64,000 bases of DNA from Syntrophomonadaceae bacterium (GTDB lineage Bacteria > Bacillota > Dethiobacteria > DTU022 > UBA8154). Positions 58,685 through 64,000 of this stretch are shown here, in pieces. The stretch's first letter is position 1; each line of letters opens with the position of its first letter. Both the position numbers and the translations under genes were made by a program. Under the pieces are notes generated by a model. That model searched no databases. It had not been told where the DNA came from and saw nothing but the letters and a program-made list of their open reading frames with translations. Location of the stretch: positions 12,125 to 76,124 of the forward strand of contig PWRN01000100.1 in the NCBI GenBank assembly GCA_003556225.1, written 5' to 3'.

Positions 58685-59554
58685 TTATGCCAGGATCTTG
58701 CGGGCCAGCTCCGGAACCTGGAAAGGAAGTTCGGCAACTTCAACGCCGGCGGCGCTCAAGGCTTCGACCTTGGCCTGGAAAGTACCGCGGCCACGCTCGA
58801 TAATGGCGCCGGCATGGCCCATGCGCTTACCGGGGGGGGCGCTTTTACCGGCCAGGTACGCAATGACCGGCTTACTGACATGCGCCTCGATATACTTGGC
58901 CGCTTCCTCTTCCGCCGTGCCGCCGATTTCGCCTACCATGACGATAAGCTCTGTTTCAGGATCCGCTTCCAGTTCCGGCAGGACGTCGATGAAGTTCAAC
59001 CCGACCGCGCGGTCGCCGCCCAGGCCGACGACCGTGGAGGTGCCGTATCCCGCTTCCTGCAGGTTGGCAACGATCTCATAGCTCAGGGTGCCGCTGCGTG
59101 CAACGACGCCCACGGAGCCCGGGGTGTAGATCTGGTTGGGCATGATCCCGATCTTGCATTTCCCCGAGGAAACCAATCCAAAGGTGTTGGGGCCCACGAC
59201 GACTGCCCCTTTCTGCCGGGCGATGGTGATCATCGTCATGGCATCGTGGACAGGGATCCCTTCGGTAATCGCGACAACAACTTTCATGCCGGCGTTCAGC
59301 GCCTCCAGGGCGCCATCCAGGGCGAAGGCTGCGGGCACAAATAAAATGGAGGCATCGAGACGCTCCTGCGCCGCGGCGGCTTCCGCCGTGTCAAACACGG
59401 GAACCCCTTCCACTTCCTGCCCCCCTTTACCGGGGGATACGCCGGCAACGATCCGGGTGCCGTAGGCCAGCATCTGGCGGGTGTGGAAGGACCCCTGGTT
59501 GCCGGTGATACCCTGAACCATTACTCTGGTGTTCTCATCAATGTATATGGCCAT
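58685..59554 (-). CDS. sucD: succinyl-CoA synthetase, alpha subunit
   Basis: VMVQGITGNQGSFH and the phospho-His loop GKRMGHAGAII. Confidence 0.95.
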   Translation of the reverse strand: MAIYIDENTRVMVQGITGNQGSFHTRQMLAYGTRIVAGVSPGKGGQEVEGVPVFDTAEAAAAQERLDASILFVPAAFALDGALEALNAGMKVVVAITEGIPVHDAMTMITIARQKGAVVVGPNTFGLVSSGKCKIGIMPNQIYTPGSVGVVARSGTLSYEIVANLQEAGYGTSTVVGLGGDRAVGLNFIDVLPELEADPETELIVMVGEIGGTAEEEAAKYIEAHVSKPVIAYLAGKSAPPGKRMGHAGAIIERGRGTFQAKVEALSAAGVEVAELPFQVPELARKILA

Positions 59555-59614
59555 GTACAGCCCTGCTTCTCTTTCAGGAGAAACGGGGCTTCACACCTCC
59601 TTTCTGGGTTGCGC

Positions 59615-60730
59615 TCATGCGCTGCTTTGCCGGGAGAGCTCCACGGCTTTCTGGGCGGTCTCCTGCATGGTGCGGTATGCCTGGATGCCGATCCCGCGCA
59701 GGATTTCCAGGCCCGCGGCTTCGTTGGTGCCCACCAGCCGGAAGACCACAGGAGTGGTCAGGTCTTTTGCTTCCTTGACCGTGGCGAAGGCCTTGGCCAC
59801 ATCGTCGCAGCGGGTGATGCCGCCGAAGATGTTGATCAGGATCACCCTGGGCTCGGTGGCCAGCAGCAGCTCCAGGGCCCGGGCGGTTTGCTCCACGCCG
59901 GCGCCGCCGCCGGCATCCAAAAAGTTGGCCGGCTTGCCTCCATAATAGTGCAGCATATCCAGCGTGGCCATGGCCATACCTGCACCGTTGGCCATGACGG
60001 CGATGTCGCCTTCCAGCTCCACGTAGGCCAGGCCCAGGTCGTGGGCTTTTTTCTCCAGGTCGGTCCGTTCCTCCACCCGGTGGAGGGCCTGGTGACGGAA
60101 GAGAGCGTCCTCATCGATGGTGACCTTGGCATCGGCGGCCAACAGGCTGTCGCCGCTGATCACCAGGGGGTTGATCTCCACCAGCTCTGCGTCCATCTCC
60201 TGGAAAAGCTTGAAGAGCTTAAACAGCAGGTCGCTAAAAGCCTTGGCCTGTCCACCGGTGAGTCCCAGGCGGCGGCAGATCTCCCGCGCCATGAAGGGCC
60301 GCAGGCCCAGGGTGACGTCGACGGGGTACTTGACGATCTGCGCTTCGGGGACCTCTTCGATGTCCATGCCGCCCTCCAGGGAGGCCAGGATCAGGGGGCA
60401 GCGGCGCCCGCCGTCCAGGGTGATGGCCAGGTAGAGCTCCTTGTCGATGCGGATCTTGCTTTCCACCAGAAGGTGTTCCACCGGGAAACCACCGATCTCC
60501 ATCCCCAGCAGGCGCCGGGCTTCTTGCTGCGCGGATTGGGGATCATCCACGAAGGCAATGCCGCCGGCTTTGCCGCGCTTGCCCGTTAAGACCTGGGACT
60601 TGATCACGACAGACCCAATGGCTTCTGCAGCCGCTGCCGCCTCCTCGGGCGTGCGCACAACCCGGCCGTCGGGCACGGGGATGGCATAGTCCTTGAACAG
60701 CTCCTTCCCCATAAATTCAAATAACTTCAA
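59615..60730 (-). CDS. sucC: succinyl-CoA synthetase, beta subunit
   Basis: MKLFEFMGKELF... ATP-grasp N-terminus and NIFGGITRCD. The TTG follows AGGAGGTG. Confidence 0.94.
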   Translation of the reverse strand: MKLFEFMGKELFKDYAIPVPDGRVVRTPEEAAAAAEAIGSVVIKSQVLTGKRGKAGGIAFVDDPQSAQQEARRLLGMEIGGFPVEHLLVESKIRIDKELYLAITLDGGRRCPLILASLEGGMDIEEVPEAQIVKYPVDVTLGLRPFMAREICRRLGLTGGQAKAFSDLLFKLFKLFQEMDAELVEINPLVISGDSLLAADAKVTIDEDALFRHQALHRVEERTDLEKKAHDLGLAYVELEGDIAVMANGAGMAMATLDMLHYYGGKPANFLDAGGGAGVEQTARALELLLATEPRVILINIFGGITRCDDVAKAFATVKEAKDLTTPVVFRLVGTNEAAGLEILRGIGIQAYRTMQETAQKAVELSRQSSA

Positions 60731-60800
60731 TCCACTTCACCTCCTGAATAAACTTAATTCCTTTCCTCTACTTCCCAGGCATCTCCGCCTGGAAGCTCGT

Positions 60801-62597
60801 TTACAAGTTTGCCTTGTATTTTTTTATCTTGTTGTACAGTGTCGCCAAGGAAATATTTAACGCCTGCGCAGCTTTTTTCTTGCCTTCCAATGTTTCCCCG
60901 TAGCGGGAAAGGGCTGTTTTCAGCATCATCTGTTCCATTTTATCCAGGGGAACGACCTCGGAAAACTGCTGCATGCCCATCCCGCTGAACCGGGCAATAT
61001 ACGGAGCCAGGTGATCTTTTTCTAGTTTAGTCCCCTCTGCAACAATCATGGCGCGTTCAATAATGAATTCCAGTTCCTTGATATTTCCCGGCCATTCATA
61101 GTTGGTCACCAGCTGCAGAGCCTCTGAGGACGGGCCGCTCACCTTTTTCCCGTATTTCCGGTTGAAGATGGAGATAAAGTGGTCTACCAGCAGGGGAATG
61201 TCTTCCGTGCGGCGCCGGAGCGGGGGGATGCGCAAATCGATAGTCTGGATCTGGTAAAAGAGATCCTCCCTAAAACGCCCACGGCGGACCAACTCCTTGA
61301 GATCCTGTGAAGTGGAGGCGATCACCCGCACGTTGGACTGAATGGGTTCAGTGCCCCCAATTCGCCGGAATGTCTTATCGCTGAGCAGCTTGAACAGCTT
61401 TTCCTGGAAGTTCAAGTTGACCTCTCCCAGGTTATCCAGGAAAAGCGTCCCACCATCGGCCAGTTCGGCCCGACCCAGCTTGGTGCGCACGGCACCGCTG
61501 AAGGCACCTTTCTCATACCCGAAAAACTCCATGTCCAGCATGGTTTCCGGTATCGCTGCGCAGTCCAATTTAAGAAAAGGACGGTTGTAACGGGAACTGG
61601 CGTGATGAATAGCATGAGCGAACATTTTTTTACCTGTTCCGCTCTCCCCCGTGATCAAGACCGGGGAATCGCTCTTGGCAGCCTGTTTAGCCATGTCAAC
61701 GGCTGCTTTGAATATCTTGTTCTCTCCAATTAATTCTGTGAACGTATACTTACTTCCTGTTATTTGATCGATGCGTTCGTAAAGATTTTCAATGATAATA
61801 TTGCTTTTTTGCAGCTCGTCCACCAGCTTTAAAATATCTGTGATGGGTTGGAAAACAACAACGGCCCCTTCCATCTCTCCCTCCACTTTAATGGGGGCAG
61901 CGTTGGAGATCACTTCGGCATCCGATCCACCCACCACGGTGCGATAACCGGTGACGGGTCTTTGCCGGATCAGTGATTGGGCCAGGGCGCCCTGGGGGGA
62001 TACCTCGAAGATGTTTTTCCCCACGCGATCCTGCTCCGGTATGCCGGTTACCCTTGTAAACGCGTGGTTCACGTACTTGATCACTCCGTTGGTGTCCACT
62101 GCTTCGATGGCATCCTGCACCGAATCCAGGATCGCCCCCAGTTCACTTTTCAACCGCTTCGCCTCCAGCAGCTCCTCCTTGGACTGCAATAAGGCCATGA
62201 GTAAGTTCCCTGGCCGGGCTTCCATCACACTGACACCTGGTTTGACTAATTCGTGGATCAGCCGGTTGGTTTCTTGCGAATCCGTGGTGTCCAGGACCAC
62301 GTCAATATCGGGAAGCGATAATAATTTGACCAGGTCCTGGGTGGCAAAATAGCTTCGTTTTTCAGCCTGCTTGAGCCAGGAGAAATCACCACTCAGATCA
62401 GCAATGCCGGCGATGGCAACTTTGTTTTCCATTTCTCGCAGAACCGTAAATGCGGAATAGCTTGTTTTCCCTGCTGTTACCAGTGCGACCTTAATTACCC
62501 CAAATGATCGTTCCCTCCTTTCCCTTAGAATATTCGTAAAAATTAGAAGGAAATCCTGCTTCATTTCTATTTTTTTTCGCAAGTCGACAGGGATCAT
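60801..62597 (-). CDS. sigma-54-dependent transcriptional activator (unusual N-terminal domain - PAS - AAA+ - HTH)
   Basis: Walker A GESGTGKK, a GAFSGA loop (a variant of GAFTGA), Walker B LFLDNLGEV and the HTH AAQALNISLATLYNKIKK. The N-terminal ~130 aa look Rossmann-like but lack a GxGxxG loop. No convincing RBS precedes the ATG at 62597. Confidence 0.88.
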   Translation of the reverse strand: MIPVDLRKKIEMKQDFLLIFTNILRERRERSFGVIKVALVTAGKTSYSAFTVLREMENKVAIAGIADLSGDFSWLKQAEKRSYFATQDLVKLLSLPDIDVVLDTTDSQETNRLIHELVKPGVSVMEARPGNLLMALLQSKEELLEAKRLKSELGAILDSVQDAIEAVDTNGVIKYVNHAFTRVTGIPEQDRVGKNIFEVSPQGALAQSLIRQRPVTGYRTVVGGSDAEVISNAAPIKVEGEMEGAVVVFQPITDILKLVDELQKSNIIIENLYERIDQITGSKYTFTELIGENKIFKAAVDMAKQAAKSDSPVLITGESGTGKKMFAHAIHHASSRYNRPFLKLDCAAIPETMLDMEFFGYEKGAFSGAVRTKLGRAELADGGTLFLDNLGEVNLNFQEKLFKLLSDKTFRRIGGTEPIQSNVRVIASTSQDLKELVRRGRFREDLFYQIQTIDLRIPPLRRRTEDIPLLVDHFISIFNRKYGKKVSGPSSEALQLVTNYEWPGNIKELEFIIERAMIVAEGTKLEKDHLAPYIARFSGMGMQQFSEVVPLDKMEQMMLKTALSRYGETLEGKKKAAQALNISLATLYNKIKKYKANL

Positions 62598-62635
62598 ATT
62601 TTATGCTATGATAGACGCGTTATGGAGGAGAAAAG

Positions 62636-63535
62636 ATGAAGGTCTATGCCCTTGTAGGCCCCAGCGGAACAGGGAAGAGCCACCGTTCCGCCTTGCTGGC
62701 CCATCGAAAAGGAATTGAATACATCATTGATGACGGACTGTTGATCAAGGGCAACGATGTCCTGGCAGGACGCTCGGCCAAACGCGAAACGACAAAAATG
62801 GCGGCCACGAAAGTTGCCATTTTCAGCGATCCCGAGCATGCCCGCCAGGTAAGAGAAGCCCTGGAGCGGATCAAGCCCCCCCAGATCCTGGTGCTGGGGA
62901 TTTCTGAGCGCATGATCCAGCAAATTGCCGCGACGCTCAACATCCCGCAACCGGAGTCCATGATCCATATCGAAGACATTGCATCACCGAGAGAAATCTC
63001 CCAGGCCCTGGAAGTCAGGGTGAAACAGAACAGGCACGTGATCCCCATCCCGACCTTTGCCATTGAAAAGGATTTTCCCGGCTACCTGCTGGAAAACATT
63101 CGGGCATTTTTCCTGGCAAAGAGCAAGTCAGCCCTCTCAACCCCTCCCAAAGCCTTGGAACATACCATTGTCAGGCCGCTTTACAGTTCACTGGGCAATT
63201 ACTTCCTCTCTGAACACGTGATCGAGCAAATTACCTCGTACGTGGCGGAACAGAAAGAAGATATCGCCCGGGTCAAGAAGAGTAGAATTCAGCCGGACGC
63301 CAGGGGGCTCCTGATCAGCCTGGAACTTACACTATACTACGGTACTACCAATATTCCTTCGCTGTTGGAAAGCTTGCAACAGGAAATCAAGCAAACCCTG
63401 GAAAGCTTGACGGGATTTCAAGTGTCCCGGATCGACATGCATGTGCGCCATCTCATCGTGGACCAGGATGACCTGCGCCCAAAAGAAGAAACGTACAAGA
63501 CGAAACCCCAGTATTTTGAACTTCAACGTCACTAA
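62636..63535 (+). CDS. fusion protein: N-terminal P-loop NTPase/kinase-like domain plus C-terminal Asp23/Gls24-like domain
   Basis: The ATG follows GGAGGAG. Walker A is VGPSGTGKSHRSALLAHRKGIEYIIDDGLLI. The C-terminal ISLELTLYYGTTNIPSLLESLQQEIKQTLESLTGFQVSRIDMHVRHL follows the Asp23 pattern. Confidence 0.8.
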   Translation: MKVYALVGPSGTGKSHRSALLAHRKGIEYIIDDGLLIKGNDVLAGRSAKRETTKMAATKVAIFSDPEHARQVREALERIKPPQILVLGISERMIQQIAATLNIPQPESMIHIEDIASPREISQALEVRVKQNRHVIPIPTFAIEKDFPGYLLENIRAFFLAKSKSALSTPPKALEHTIVRPLYSSLGNYFLSEHVIEQITSYVAEQKEDIARVKKSRIQPDARGLLISLELTLYYGTTNIPSLLESLQQEIKQTLESLTGFQVSRIDMHVRHLIVDQDDLRPKEETYKTKPQYFELQRH

Positions 63536-63545
63536 ACCCGCCGAT

Positions 63546-63569
63546 GAAGAAAAAGGTCTTCTTTTTTTT
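63546..63569 (+). terminator. weak intrinsic terminator after the P-loop/Asp23 gene
   Basis: GAAGA-AAAAGG-TCTTC followed by TTTTTTTT. The stem is only 5 bp. Confidence 0.45.
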
Positions 63570-63586
63570 GCCATCGGTGATATGCA

Positions 63587-63622
63587 AAGCCCTGTGCCTG
63601 ATCATGATCCGGCACAGGGCTT
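63587..63622. terminator. 12-bp perfect hairpin between convergent genes (possible bidirectional terminator)
   Basis: AAGCCCTGTGCC - 12-nt loop - GGCACAGGGCTT. The flanking T/A tracts are poor. Confidence 0.45.
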
Positions 63623-63683
63623 CCTTCATGCATGCATCCACCTCTTATTTTAGCAGGCAACGAGCGAGAGAAAAGAAAGATAT

Positions 63684-64000
63684 TCACACGGTGATCCGTT
63701 CAGCATGAGCGTAGATGTTCATGCGGCGGCCCCGCAGGAAACCAACCAGGGTGATCCCCAGTTGCCGGGCCAACTCCACACTGAGGGAGGTGGGAGCAGA
63801 ACGGGACACGATAAAGGGAAAGCGCAGCTTGGCTCCCTTGATCACGATTTCAGAGGTGAGCCTGCCGCTGGACAGCAGAATTTTATCGTCAATGGGCAGG
63901 TCATTCAAGACACATTCACCGACAATTTTATCTACCGCATTGTGACGGCCGATATCTTCGTGGCAAAAGAGCAGCTCATCCGGGGTTGCCAGGGCCGCGA
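63684..64000 (-). CDS. fdhD: partial CDS (C-terminal part; N-terminus beyond the window end): formate dehydrogenase accessory sulfurtransferase FdhD
   Basis: The frame stays open to position 64000. The translation ...FCHEDIGRHNAVDKIVGECVLN...IVSRSAPTSLSVELARQLGITLVGFLRGRRMNIYAHAERI carries the GRHNAxDK and SR(S/A)APT FdhD motifs. Confidence 0.85.
   Translation of the reverse strand, partial: AALATPDELLFCHEDIGRHNAVDKIVGECVLNDLPIDDKILLSSGRLTSEIVIKGAKLRFPFIVSRSAPTSLSVELARQLGITLVGFLRGRRMNIYAHAERITV

Overview
64-kb chromosomal segment of a fairly GC-rich Gram-positive-type anaerobe. The taxon call rests on GGAGG ribosome-binding sites, a perfect CIRCE element, a T-box leader and a B. subtilis-like pur operon order. 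The methylmalonyl-CoA pathway operon suggests a Peptococcaceae-type propionate oxidiser (Pelotomaculum or Desulfofundulus-like); this is inference only. Nearly all genes are on the minus strand. Left to right: (1) three small hypothetical or membrane genes; (2) a ~12-kb accessory-looking unit at 1.4-15.8 kb; (3) the pur operon purE-B-C-S-Q-L-F-M-N-H-D preceded by guaA; (4) groES-groEL with CIRCE; (5) molybdenum-cofactor genes (moaB-like, two moeA paralogues, one fused to a PBP-like domain) plus an untracked 55-aa Cys-rich ORF; (6) a DUF368 membrane protein and a CCA-adding enzyme; (7) an operon of hypothetical protein, four-subunit 2-oxoacid:ferredoxin oxidoreductase and XRE/cupin regulator; (8) a tandem USP protein; (9) argCJBDFGH behind an Arg-type T-box leader; (10) a methylmalonyl-CoA pathway operon (sucCD, split B12 mutase, epimerase, carboxyltransferase) behind a second sigma-54 activator; (11) a divergent P-loop/Asp23 fusion gene and a truncated fdhD. 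The accessory unit holds a DUF4212/SSS transporter pair, an acyl-CoA synthetase, an isovaleryl-CoA-dehydrogenase-like enzyme, a glutaconate-CoA-transferase-like pair, an orphan biotin carboxyltransferase, an HMG-CoA-lyase-like enzyme and a crotonase. A PAS/AAA+ sigma-54 activator and a divergent OFA-type MFS transporter sit next to it. Most interesting observations: three almost identical -24/-12 promoters with shared TGATGC-N6-GCATCA dyads tie that unit into one local sigma-54 regulon; its Liu-like pathway lacks a biotin carboxylase or carrier partner; a ~200-bp long-hairpin (MITE/REP-like) element occurs twice between convergent genes; and there is an HprK-like P-loop/Asp23 fusion protein. 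No CRISPR array, rRNA, tRNA, transposase or integrase was recognised.
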